NCBI GenBank assembly: GCA_002104905.1
Contig: MCFE01000438.1
Coordinates: 1 to 64,000, forward strand
Reading direction: 5' to 3'
DNA: 64,000 nucleotides
Source of the DNA: Basidiobolus meristosporus CBS 931.73
Lineage: Eukaryota; Fungi; Basidiobolomycota
How positions within the stretch are numbered: the first letter of the stretch is position 1; each line of letters starts with the position of its first letter. The notes under the pieces are model-generated. The model made no database searches and was not told where the DNA came from. It saw only the letters and a program-made list of their open reading frames with translations. Below, piece after piece: positions 25,601 to 35,951 of this stretch. A program made the translations under genes and the position numbers.

Positions 25601-26744
25601 CGCTACCATATCCTGGTCCTGAGCCTCCACCATTGCCTCCGGGTCCTTCACCGCCACCATTGCCACCGGCACCATTGCCAATATCGTATGAGGTTGGACC
25701 ACCATTACCACCGGATCCAGCACCAGCTCCTGGTCCTTCACCTCCGCCATTGCCTCCAGCTCCGGGTGCGCTTCCGTATCCTGGACCAGATCCTGGACCA
25801 GATCCTGGACCAGATCCTCCGCCGTTGCCTCCTGCTCCTGGAGCACCTCCATATCCTGGACCTGAGCCTCCACCATTACCTCCGGGTCCAGAGCCATTGC
25901 CGTTGCCACCAGCGCCGTTTCCAGTGTCATATGAGGACGGTCCACCGTTGCCACCGGATCCAGCTCCCGGCCCAGAGCCTCCACCATTGCCTCCAGCTTC
26001 TGGGCCACTTCCATATCCTGGACCTGAGCCTCCACCATTTCCACCAGGACCTTCACCACCACCGTTGCCTCCAGCTCCTGGGCCACTTCCATATCCAGGA
26101 CCTGAGCCTCCACCATTACCGCTGGGGCCTGAGCCATTATCACCAGCACCGTTTCCGGTGTCGTATGAAGATGGTCCACCACTACCGCCGGATCCGGCTC
26201 CTGGTCCTGAGCCTCCACCGTTGCCACCTGCTCCCGGCCCACTACCATATCCTGGGCCAGAGCCTCCACCATTTCCTCCAGGGCCTTCACCCCCTCCGTT
26301 TCCTCCAGCTCCTGGTCCGCCGCCATACCCTGGCCCTGATCCTCCACCATTTCCTCCAGGCCCCTCTCCTCCACCATTGCCTCCGGCTGCTCCACCACTG
26401 GCACATTCCTCTTCTTCTTTGCTGCCAGAACCCGACCCAGGCCCCTCTCCTCCACCATTGCCTGGTCCTCCATAGCCTCCGTTACCACCAGCTCCGGATC
26501 CGGAACCTGGTGAACCACCTCCGCCATTGCCAGGACCTCCATAGCCACCATTACCACCAGCACCAGATCCAGATCCAGGTGCTTCTCCGCCGCCACTTCC
26601 TAAACTACCCAAAATATCGGATATATCGTATGCTGGTTTGACTACATCATGGTCTTCGCCGTTGTGACGACGATGTAAAGCCGCACCGTTGATGGCGGAG
26701 ATACCAGAGAGCAAGAACAAAAGCTTAGGGGCGGAGATTTTCAT
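22635..26744 (-). CDS. Secreted 1369-aa Gly/Pro/Asn/Ser-rich repetitive (silk/elastomer-like) protein
   Basis: Uninterrupted 4.1-kb ORF. Signal peptide MKISAPKLLFLLSGISAING followed by a possible dibasic site (HRR). Repeats GPGGNGGGSGPGYGSGPGAGGNGGGEG and GGP(S/T)SYDTGNG. A-rich start context and upstream TATA. Confidence 0.9.
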   Translation of the reverse strand: MKISAPKLLFLLSGISAINGAALHRRHNGEDHDVVKPAYDISDILGSLGSGGGEAPGSGSGAGGNGGYGGPGNGGGGSPGSGSGAGGNGGYGGPGNGGGEGPGSGSGSKEEEECASGGAAGGNGGGEGPGGNGGGSGPGYGGGPGAGGNGGGEGPGGNGGGSGPGYGSGPGAGGNGGGSGPGAGSGGSGGPSSYDTGNGAGDNGSGPSGNGGGSGPGYGSGPGAGGNGGGEGPGGNGGGSGPGYGSGPEAGGNGGGSGPGAGSGGNGGPSSYDTGNGAGGNGNGSGPGGNGGGSGPGYGGAPGAGGNGGGSGPGSGPGSGPGYGSAPGAGGNGGGEGPGAGAGSGGNGGPTSYDIGNGAGGNGGGEGPGGNGGGSGPGYGSGPGAGGNGGGEGPGGNGGGSGPGYGSGPGAGGNGGGEGPGAGAGSGGNGGPTSYDTGNGAGGNGGSEGPGGNGGGSGPGYGSGPGAGGNGGGEGPGGNGGGSGPGYGSGPGAGGNGGGEGPGGNGGGSAPGYGSGPGVGGNGGGVGPGTGSSGPSVYDVSNIWGPGGLGGGEGPTGNGGGSGPGYGSGPGAGGNGGGSGPGGNGGDSGPGAGGNGGGEGPGAGSGGNGGPSSYDTGNGAGGNGSGPGGNGGGSGPGYGSGPGAGGNGGGEGPGYGSGPGAGGNGGGEGPGSGAGGGEGPGGNSGGSGPGYGSGPGAGGNGGGEGPGAGAGSGGNGGPTSYDTGNGSGGNGGDSGPGNGGGSGPGYGSGPGAGGNGGGSGPGYGSGPGAGGNGGGEGPGAGSGDNGGPSSYDTGNGAGGNGSGPGGNGGGSGPGNGGGSGPGYGSGPGAGGNGGGSGPGYGSGPGTGGNGGGEGPGAGAGSGGNGGPTSYDTGNGAGGNGNGLGPGGNGGGEGPGGNGAGSGPGYGSGPGAGGNGGGEGPGAGAGSGGNGGPTSYDTGNGSGGNAGDSGPGNGGGSGPGYGSGPGAGGNGGGSGPGYGSGPGAGGNGGGEGPGAGAGSGGNGGPTSYDTGNGAGGNGSGPGGNGGGSGPGNGGDSGPGYGSGPGAGGNGGGEGPGAGSGGNGGPTSYDTGNGAGGNGNGSGPGGNGGGEGPGGNGGGSGPGYGSGPGAGGNGGSEGPGAGAGSGGNGGPTSYDTGNGNGSGPGGNGGGEGPGGNGGGSGPGYGSGPGAGGNGGGEGPGAGAGSGGNGGPTSYDTGNGAGGNGGGSGPGNGGGSGPGYGSGPGAGGNGGGEGPGGNGGDSGSGGNGGPSAYDTGNGAGGHGNGSGPGGNGGGSGPGAGGNGGGVGPGGNSGGPGYGSGPAAGGNGGGVGPGAGEECENGAGAGNGNGGGGAPSYQGPGGNGAGAGASGPGGNGGGNGGAGSYDTTMLLHL

Positions 26745-26841
26745 TTTTTAGATAAACAAATTAAAATAAGGACAAACTGTAAGCAGGGAATCAATTGAAA
26801 GTTGCTTACTTTCACTGTTGGGGAATCGTCAAGGCGGGAAT

Positions 26842-26851
26842 GCTTTTATAA
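26842..26851 (-). promoter_or_regulatory. TATA box of the silk-like gene
   Basis: Minus-strand TATAAAAG about 100 nt upstream of the ATG at 26744. Confidence 0.55.
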
Positions 26852-27621
26852 CTCGTACCGAAGTGCCCGGCCATAATGTAGGTTGAATTAACCCCTTTCG
26901 TAGAATTGAAAATCCAATTATGTTCCTGTTGGATCGGATGCAGGGGAAATTCCCTTCACAATAGTTTCCATCGACCCCTCAACTCTGGAACAGGCGGATC
27001 CAAATCCGACCTCGTCGTGACAGGCAAACCTCATTTGCCAACCCCTTGGAGATGTGTGGGTTTCAGGACGAAATACGCAAAGATTGATCTCCCTCTACTG
27101 AATGGCCGCTTCCCCCCCATTTGCAGCCAAACCACAGTTGCATTGAAGATGGCTTACTGCCATTGAGCAAGCACGAAACAACCTGCTCTGAAGCAGATGA
27201 CGGCGATGCAGAAAATGGACGTGGTATGAAAACAATCCCCACCCATCCCCATTGGCCGGCAGGATCCAACCACGTTGAGCATGCAAATGATCTCGTTGTT
27301 CTGTTGTCAAGTCTCTCCCCTAAACAAACCAGATAGGGAAAGGCAATGAAAGCCAGCATGGAATCGGTTATGAGATGGCCGCCTCCTGGCGCTTTTCCCT
27401 ACTTTGAGTAATTTGATGATATCCCATTCGTCATCAGGTAAAACCCATTCCCCAGTACTGTCTAGTGTGCTTACATGCGTTGCAGATGAGCAGTCTAACC
27501 ACGATTTTGGAAGGTCTGCTCTTGCCACACGCAGCCATCGTCCATGAGGCGTGCAGCTTGGCTAATGGAAGCCCGGGCTGATCCACTGCTGGATACCCGG
27601 ATACTTTTCCAATCGGGATCG

Positions 27622-27993
27622 TTACAGTTTTGGCTTAGCTATCCAGGTTGCTGAGCCTAGATGCAGATTCCAATCTGAGTCATCGCTCAGATGGGGGCAA
27701 CTGGGTGAGATGTACGGTGACACGTGATGTGTCCCGTCTACCAGGGTGCCTTCGGGGTCCTCTGTTTCCATGGGTGTCCGTCCCAAAGACAGAAGCGCGC
27801 TCACCAGCCTGGTTTGAAGGGAGTGGTCTTCTTGGGAAAACTGCAGGTAGTTGAATTTCTGCTCGAAGGTCGATATCCATCGTCGGGTCCGGGTGAAACG
27901 GCGGTTCACTAGCTCAAGGAACAGCAACAGTTGCTGCCGCTTACCGGGTTCCATCTTCCCAGGTGCCCCTATGATAAGAGGCTTTTAGTTCCA
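27622..27993 (-). CDS. Candidate small multi-exon orphan gene (MELKASYHRGTWEDGTREPPFHPDPTMDIDLRAEIQLPAVFPRR...)
   Basis: CpG-normal DNA. Two short GTAAGC..TAG and GTGAGC..CAG introns join three segments in frame. No family recognised; 3' end uncertain. Confidence 0.3.
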
Positions 27994-28139
27994 TTCCTTG
28001 GTCACGTGTCCGGGATGGTACTCAGTCATCCCGGTTAACACTGGCACATAGATGATTGCCAATGAATCAGGCGGTGAGCAGAGTTGAATGGAGTGATGCA
28101 TCTTGTATATTATAACGGTCTCCTGATGGGATTGTGACG

Positions 28140-28900
28140 GCTGATCTGAATTGGATCCACCCACGGGGCCAAATTATGTTTCATAGGGTGCCCTTTTGAC
28201 ATGACTTTTGTGGCAACCCTTCAGCTGTATGCCATTGTTCATTCACTAATTTCCATATATCCTGGTCTTCAGCCAGCTCTATAAGGTCAAGCACCTCATT
28301 TGCCAATTCTTGCAATAAATCCTTGCAATATTCCAGTGCATTTTCTTGAGCACTGCTCTTGAAGAAGTACTGCAACCTTTTGCTGTCCCAGTTATTGCTC
28401 CAAAATTCCACTGTAGGCATTGTGATGGTCTTCTGAGTTCCTGCCATTGTTGCTTTGTCTGTCTGTGAGATCTCTGCTCTGTCTACAATTGGGGATGTGG
28501 AGGCTATGGTAAATAAAGTGCCTCTCTCTGCAAACTCATCTACCTCACTAGAATGTAGCTCAACTAGCTGCACCTCCAACTCCTGAGAAAGCAGCTGTAG
28601 TCTTGTTGGTATTTCTTCTTGGCTATCATGGGATTCAGCCTATTCCAGGCTTGTGACATTAATTAGTGAGTACTGCAGCTTCTTTCTTATGCTTCCCTGT
28701 CTCTGGCTTGGTTATACTTTTCCCCTTTACCCTTTCCTTTATCAATGCCAGATCTTTCACTGTTACTTTGTCTGAGTGCTTCTAGTATTGATCTATGTTT
28801 TCTCCTTGATAAATGCTGCACTGGTGAGTCTATTTCTGCCTGCTGTCCCTTACTAGCACTAATTGAAATCATAACATTGTGTAGAAGGTCAATAGTTTCA
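28140..28900 (-). pseudogene. Decayed accessory ORF of the CACTA/tnp2 family
   Basis: FFKSSAQENALEYCKDLLQEL..VLDL..LAEDQDIW, shared with 44298-44624 and 45382-45981; CpG-depleted. Confidence 0.7.
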
Positions 28901-29463
28901 AGCTGATGGCCTTATGACAGCCTCAGTGCAGGATCATGATGGCTAATTTGGATAGGATCAATACATGGGACCAAATTATATTTCATAGTAATATATCTTC
29001 TAAGCACAAGCTTAGTGGTCACTACCTTCTCTACCAAAAGCCACTAAAGACTTAGGTCCCACTACTCAGGGTCATTGAGGCTATCAGGATTGCATCCAAA
29101 AAATTGCCCCAAAGTAATCGCACCTTGAATTTCACAAAAAACCTAGTCAGAGTTCTTAACCTCAATAGGTCCTAAGTTATTTTTGATCAGCTGTCTTCCA
29201 TATCTCTTACTTTCTGATCCAAGACCCTCAGTCATCTCCTTCTAGTGTATATTGATTGGATAGTGTCTTTTTTTGACATTCCTTACTTACAGACTTGACT
29301 AGTACTCTTGCTTATCATGTATATGGACTATCTTATGCTCCATGAATCTTGAGATGTGACTCACCTGTAGATCAAGCATTTGTAAGCAAATCTCTATTCC
29401 CAGCAATATCACTGAGCCCAACCCACACTCAACAAGAAACTCCACCAAAGCTTACCATCTAAT

Positions 29464-32400
29464 TGTTGTAAAAACTTCCAATTCCACCTAAATATCTGCC
29501 TAGCACTGTCACTTAGTAATTGCCTACATATCAAAGATAATAACTGACCAAATTTCCAGTTGGGACTTAACTGGAATATTTTCACCAACATATCAGGTAA
29601 GCAGAACATGGAAATTATCAAAGTTGCACATATGCTCTTGAGACCTTCCTGGATCTATTCTACATGCTTGCTATGCCACTAGTATGTAATAGTATAAATA
29701 CTACATTTACAATCAATAAATCATTAGGTGATGACCACATCATATACTTGCACACCCAATCACTTCCAATATCTCCAAGACTCTTACAACAGATTATGAG
29801 CCCCAAGCTGTCATTCTTTGCAATGTCAACCACTGCATTATTGGAATCCTCCATCTTCTGAAGAGTTGGATGGATATAACTACCAAGTGTAGTAGGTTTA
29901 GATGAAGATGCTGCTACAAGAAAGAGGACTTTGAGATATTGCCATGGGAGAAGAATGCCCTCCTAATGACATGGGAGATGAAGTGCTAAAGTACCAGAAG
30001 AAAGAACAAAGTGCCCTTGACTGTTATAAAAGTTTGTAATTCCACCTAAATATTTACCTAACTTAGTCACTTATATCATTACCTTCAAATCCTAAAGAAT
30101 ACTGACTAAATTCCTTGTTGGGATTTACTTAGAATATTTTCACCAAAATACCAGGTACCCAGAACATGAAAATTTACAAAGTTTTCCATACTGCCCCAAA
30201 CTTTGCAAACTTGTTCTTGGGACCTTCCTTAGCCTATTCTATGTGTTTGTTATGCCAAGACCATGTAAAAGTATAAATACTAATTTTACATTCAATATAT
30301 CATTAAGTGAAAACCACATAATCTACTTGTCCTCCCAATCACTTCTGATACCTCCAAGACTCTTACAACATTAACCGCATTTGCTTTAATGCTAAAGATA
30401 AACTGCCAATTCAAGTGCAAAAAAAACAAAGAATGCCTAGAAGGCACTAGAAGATACCTTCAAGTCATGTTCAGCTGCTAACAGAATATGCTGTAGACAA
30501 TAACTCTTTACAACAAAGACCATACCAGTAGAAGAAACAAAAAACTCAATCAAGAGAATTACTCTGCTGGTGCATGAAATGGAATCTGTGGGCATACCAG
30601 CTACTGATGAGGATGTGATAGTTACCATCCCACATAGCCTGACAGATGAATTTCAGGGCCTTTTATCAGCCCTAGAGTCCAGAACTGAAGATTTGACCCT
30701 ATAATATATATATGGAAGGCTCCTGGATGAAGAATTAAGAAAATAAAGCACACACAAGAAGAAAGAACAAATGTTCTAACAAGCAATGATAACCAACAAA
30801 GGAGGTACCTAAGATCCTTTAAAGACAATAGCAACCTGTTCTTCAACTACTGCAGAGGACAAGGACACACATCAGACTGGTGCTTCAAAAAGTGAGATAG
30901 TCAGGAGAAAAGCCTATATATGTGAATGCTGAAACAATAGAAGATAGACTGTTTATATCTGCACTAAATATGACCACAAGCAAGGGTTCTCAGACATGGT
31001 AAGTTGACTCTGGAGCATCTCAACATTTTGCACAACAAAAAAAGCTTTACCCAACATCAAGAAATTCCAATCAAGAAGGTTTTCTTGGGTGACAATAGAA
31101 CACTTGATGCAGTGGGAGAAGGAACTAACCAAGTAAGTCCTAAAAGCAGTGAAGGGAACCGTACACTAACCTTCAAAGAAGTGCTCTCTGTACCAGAAAT
31201 AGCCAAGAACCCACTATATGTAAGCAAGGCAACAGCAGAAGAACTCAGTTTCAGCTATTCAATCTTAGATGCAGGATCACTGACCAAAATAATGCCCATA
31301 TTGCTTTAGATTTCAGGGATCAGAATCTACACAAATTAACTTACATACCATCATATCTGAAAGCCAGTCTAAGTAACTTCAATGAAGAATTAGCAGTGCT
31401 TAGGCACAGGAGATTTGGACAAATCAATTTTGATTATTTCACAAGATGATCAAAGATCAGCTAATTTCTAGTGTAAAAGTTAATATCTGAGCTAATTTAA
31501 AGCACTGTAAAGCCTGCATATACAGAAAATATGTCAGATAGCTGCTCAAGAGCTTGGGGTTAGTCATAACTAAGAAAAATTAGATCAATATTGCTCATAT
31601 CTGTGTGGACCTATGCAATATTAATTCTTTGGCAGAATAAAGTATTTATTCACTTTTGTTGATGATTATAGAAGATATATTTGGGTATACTTCAGAGAGA
31701 GAAAGGAAGAAGCTCTGTCAAAGGTCAGGGAGCTTAAAGCCATTATGGAGAGAGAAACTGGTGGAAATATCTGGAAATATGCTCTGACAATGGTAGAGAG
31801 TGTACCCCAAAACCTTTCATCCACTTCTGCAGAATTAATTGGATAAAGCAAGAGATTGTTGTACCATACTCCCCACAGCTAAATGGAGCAGCTGAATGTA
31901 TAAACAGATCAATAACTGATATGGGAAGATCTGTGATTCATGATCAAAATTATTGTATGTTTTGTGTACAGAATCAGTTGCCCCAACTGTACACCTTAAA
32001 TATAGGAGTTATAACAGAATACTTTGTGATTCAACTTTATTTGAAGCATGATAATAATACAGACCAAGTGCAGAACATCCAAGAATATTTGGGTGCACAG
32101 CATATGCAAAGTAGCTGCATACAAATCAGTCAAAATTTGAGCCAAAAAGTGTAAAATATATGTTTTTGGGCTGCTGAAACAAAAGTAAAGCATACAGACT
32201 CTCAAATAATAGAGCAAAAAAGCTGACCAACACCAAGGATGTGTTGTTTGATAAAAACTCAAATCTTCATAAAAAATGACATCAGATGATGATTTAAATC
32301 TGAACTCTATTCCAGCAATAGTCAGCATCAAATTGGAGCAAAAGAATGCAAGTATTTTCACTTTAGATGACTCTACAGCTATGGTTCAGCCTGAATTAGT

Positions 32401-32760
32401 GCTCAGCAATATCCTAGAAGTGATCATTCCTATATCACAAAGTAGGAGATTCAACCAGACAAGAAATAGCCCCAACTACTATATCAATGAGGGTACAAAC
32501 CTAGCCTATGCCTATTCAGTCCATATTAATGAGCCCCGTACTGTAAAAGAAGCCCTATATAGCCCTCAGAAAGAGTTTTGGAGATCTGCACAGACTGAGG
32601 AATATCTGACCCTGATGGAAAATCAAACTTGGAATTTAGTCTACCTACCAGTCAATAATGTAAAAACTACATTTTTGTATGGAAAACTTGATGAGGACAT
32701 GTATATAAACCAGCCTGATGGGCTTATTGACTAAGATAGCACTAATCTTGTATGTACTAA
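29464..32760 (+). mobile_element. Decayed Ty1/Copia element: 5' LTR-A 29464-29791, PBS 29792-29805, gag-protease-integrase-partial RT
   Basis: LTR TGTT..AACA followed by GATTATGAGCCCCA. Gag (LVHEMESVG..DEDVIVTI), zinc-knuckle relic, DSGASQHF protease, HRRFGQINFD pre-integrase, integrase relics (LFTFVDDY, YSPQLNGAAE), RT (EPRTVKEAL..W..A..EEY..L..NQTW; TTFLYGKLDEDMYINQPDG). Many stops. Confidence 0.9.
30022..30370 (+). mobile_element. Solo LTR-A (349 bp) inserted in the gag of a same-family Copia
   Basis: TGTT..AACA termini; flanks TTGAC / TTAAC (5-bp TSD with one mismatch). Confidence 0.8.
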
Positions 32761-33459
32761 TGATCAAGTAGTATATGAGGCATTTCAAGCTAAATGAGCC
32801 CTTCAACATATCAGAGAAATTTCAAAGAATTGGCAAGATACTACAGAGTATTGCTACCCTTAGTATATCTCATGGACTCTAATCAATAATCTTAGGCATA
32901 TGTAACAATACAAATGAAAAGACTGGACAAACTGGATATTTATTTATTTGAGTGGCATTCTGAAGCCATTCCTACCAGGAGTACATTAGAAGCACAGGGA
33001 GTCATATGTAGACATTGTAGGAATATTTATCTGGAAGTGGATCGCCAATGCCAACTTGATGCATCTACAGCTGTTGTGCAAGGAGTTTGTAACCGGAGTT
33101 GAGTGGCTATACCACAAGCATAAAGCTGAACATGTAGATCTCTGCTGCTACTGATTACATTCTCTACACTGCCTTGCATGGTGTGTGGAGAACATTAGGC
33201 CTTGCTGCACCTTTTGTGAGTTTCCCATGGAGCAGATGTGTTGGGAGATAGGAAGATGATTCAAACTGCAGATACTAGACTTGTTCCGTTGGATAGTGCC
33301 ACATAGTGCCAGCCGGTTTATAGTGCCGGATCAATCTGGCACTCTACGGCACTATCTGGCACTATAATTTCTACCATGATGCCAGTGGTATGATACAGTT
33401 ACTGGTAATTTTACTCAATCTTACTTATGTTGCTCAGAATAGTGCTTTCCTTGCTTTAT

Positions 33460-34344
33460 TTACTCTTCATAATGCTCCAGACACATTTCTCTCAGTGGAT
33501 GTCTTCTTGTATGAACATACTGTGCATTAATAAGTATCTTAACTATTTTACCTATTCTGCTGTTTTCACCTATATATGACTTTCCTCTGTATTTACCTGC
33601 CAATACGCTGAATCTCTTCAGATATCCAAATGTGTGCTCTACCCTTACTCTGAAATGATTAAATATCTCATTGTAGAGCTTCTGCTTCCTGCTAAGCACA
33701 CCATTCCTTGGCTTCCTATAAGCTGTAATACATCCTAATCTCTGACAATCCTCTCCTATATAGGCCAAGTCTGCCATACATTTCTCCCCTCTACTGAATT
33801 CAGGATGATTCTCTACCCAGAGTGCTTTGTCATGCCTACTTCCAGCAAATGGCCCACTAAACCAGATGATGTTACCCTCAATGTCAGACAGTGCTTGAAA
33901 CTTCACACAGTGTGCCTTGTACTTGCCAGAATAAAAGTGCCTCTGCTCTCTAGAAGGTCTGTTAATCCTCACTGTGAAGGTATCCAAAATACTCCTGATA
34001 TGGAACCTGTTGCTGAACACTCTGGGATATGGAAGTCTATTGGAGCTTCTGAACCTAGTATTCCAAGCTTGCTCTAAGTCATTCATACCCTCTGCAAGGT
34101 GGTTCTCCATTGCTGTCAGCTGGGAATGAAAGCTTCTAGGACTTTTGTTGCCATGGATGGTGGGATGAAACCTTGTAGGGCAATAGTTCTTGTAATAGCA
34201 GAGAAGCTTAACAAGGGATCTCCTTGAGTAGATTGGGGTTGATGGTCCACAGTACTTGGAATAGATCTCCTCCAGTGTGTCAAAAGGAAATTCAGTGGTA
34301 GTGATGGGATTGATGAGAAAAGACCATTCAGATGAGTAAGTCAT
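33460..34344 (-). CDS. DDE_Tnp_4 (Harbinger/ISL2EU/IS5-like) transposase, 294 aa, open frame
   Basis: ILDTF, FYSGKYKAHCVKFQ, FSGPFAGSRHD, MADLAY, YRKP, YN..FRVRVEHTFGYLKRF; putative D-D-E triad present. Confidence 0.93.
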   Translation of the reverse strand: MTYSSEWSFLINPITTTEFPFDTLEEIYSKYCGPSTPIYSRRSLVKLLCYYKNYCPTRFHPTIHGNKSPRSFHSQLTAMENHLAEGMNDLEQAWNTRFRSSNRLPYPRVFSNRFHIRSILDTFTVRINRPSREQRHFYSGKYKAHCVKFQALSDIEGNIIWFSGPFAGSRHDKALWVENHPEFSRGEKCMADLAYIGEDCQRLGCITAYRKPRNGVLSRKQKLYNEIFNHFRVRVEHTFGYLKRFSVLAGKYRGKSYIGENSRIGKIVKILINAQYVHTRRHPLREMCLEHYEE

Positions 34345-34796
34345 ATTAAAATTGATGGATGATTGTATGGAGGCGGTTTGAATCGATTTGGCGCAATCTG
34401 CGTTATTTATCTGATTTTAAACACATTATGGTTAAATCTCCATCAATTGCCATGTATCCCATCATTATGTCGCAAAAATCATCCGCAAACAATGCCTTGG
34501 TACTTTTATTGATGCTTTAATCATAGGTCTATAATCAAATAGGAAATCTGCGATTGATGTGATCTGATCCGTGTCAACGCGATCCAAGATGCATCATGCA
34601 TAATATATGGAAAATTCAACAATCACATTAGTTTTCATATATATTTCATATAAGACCAGGTTGATGCCAATATACTGCTGTATAAGTATCCAAATCCGTT
34701 GCTATGGTCCCCATACCAAGCCTCAACTCATCTTTAGTACAACCCAGACAAAACCCATCCCCCAGCTCACAAGCGCGGTCCGGACCAGAAAAGTCA

Positions 34797-35951
34797 ATGT
34801 CGGATCCGTTCAAGTTCTTGCCAAATGATTTTAGTATGGCCCAAGTGTCTATGATGAGCCTTCATGCAGATATTTGGGCACTACTGATTAATCTAGCACA
34901 ACTAGATACCTCAGAGAGTCAACAAAGATGGAAGAATTTGAGTAGAAAGCTGTGGCATGAGTTCTACATCAAGATGCCAGCCAATGTATGTAAAAAGATA
35001 TATAACAAGACAAGTATTGAAATCAAGAATGAGCTGAGAGTGAGGGGATTTGACGAGGAAGCCGCGCGGGAACGATTCCGCGCGCAATTTGCACAGTACG
35101 GGCCGGACACGTCCGTTTGTGCCTCAACTTTGGGAACCAAAGAGATTTTGAATGCATTTTTGCCTCAAATGACTAATGTACTACGTGATATATTAGTAGA
35201 GCTAAGTGGCTTCCAAGAGCAATATACACAGGACTCATCCAGGCAACAGCTCCAAAGTATCAGACAGAGGGTAAGTGAATACCTTGAGGAATCAGATGGT
35301 GAGCTTCAGGAGGAAGAATACAGACCGCAAGCAACATTGTCCAGATTGCGCCAGCACGCCTTGCTGGATTCCCTACCATCTCTTGCAACCACAGCGCGCC
35401 GGCGCACGTCAGTCCAGACTATGCCAACACCCTTTACCAGAACGCCCCGCGTCAAGTCAATGTGCGTCGGGTCAACGCGCGCGCTTCAGAGCAAAACTAC
35501 CAGAACTTGCCAAACTGCTCATTTAGACACAAGTCCATTGGAGCGGACCGAGTCACGTCAACATGCGGCATCACATTGAACTCAGCCAAGGGCCATCTCA
35601 ACGCGTCAAGGCGTGCCTGCGCGTGCCATTTTGCCTGACCATCAGCAAGTTACTTCTGGTGAACTGACTGATGATGACCAACATGAAGTGACTCAACCAC
35701 CGGAGCCCTTGGCAAGTAAAAGAACGCGTCAGCGCGTGGCACTACAGGCCGGTTCAGTTGGTTCAGTTGGAGCAATTCAGCGCGGCCAAGCTGCAGCATT
35801 GCACTCATCAACTAGGAGGCAAAATACTGATTACAAATACACAAGTAGCCAAGATGATAGTCAGCCAGGAAGTAGTATAGGTGTGCAAAGTGAGTCACTA
35901 CCAAATGCTTCAGTAGTAATCCCTGTGAGAAAAAAACCCAGGAGAAGATGA
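34797..35951 (+). CDS. Transposon ORF2 (385 codons, one in-frame TGA at 35577-35579); weak trihelix/Myb-like N-terminus, C-terminal NLS
   Basis: ORF-track entries 34704-35579 and 35613-35951 are in the same frame. IWALL..L....ESQQRWKNLSRK resembles SANT/trihelix helix 3. Ends RKKPRRR. Confidence 0.75.

Noticed and set aside
22655-26641. Long plus-strand poly-Pro and His/Arg/Leu ORFs, and minus-strand Val/Ala/Glu ORFs, over the repeat gene
   Set aside because: Shadow frames of Gly codons (GGN reversed is NCC). They lack a signal peptide and proper start, and they are interrupted by stops, unlike the 1369-aa frame.
14001-26744. Deacetylase, arrestin and silk-like gene as one functional cluster
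   Set aside because: They are interleaved with housekeeping CDC27 and in mixed orientations; nothing in the sequence indicates co-regulation.
33283-33370. Short TAGTGCC/GGCACT repeats as a CRISPR-like or satellite array
   Set aside because: They are subterminal transposon repeats, present in all three copies, with no spacer structure.
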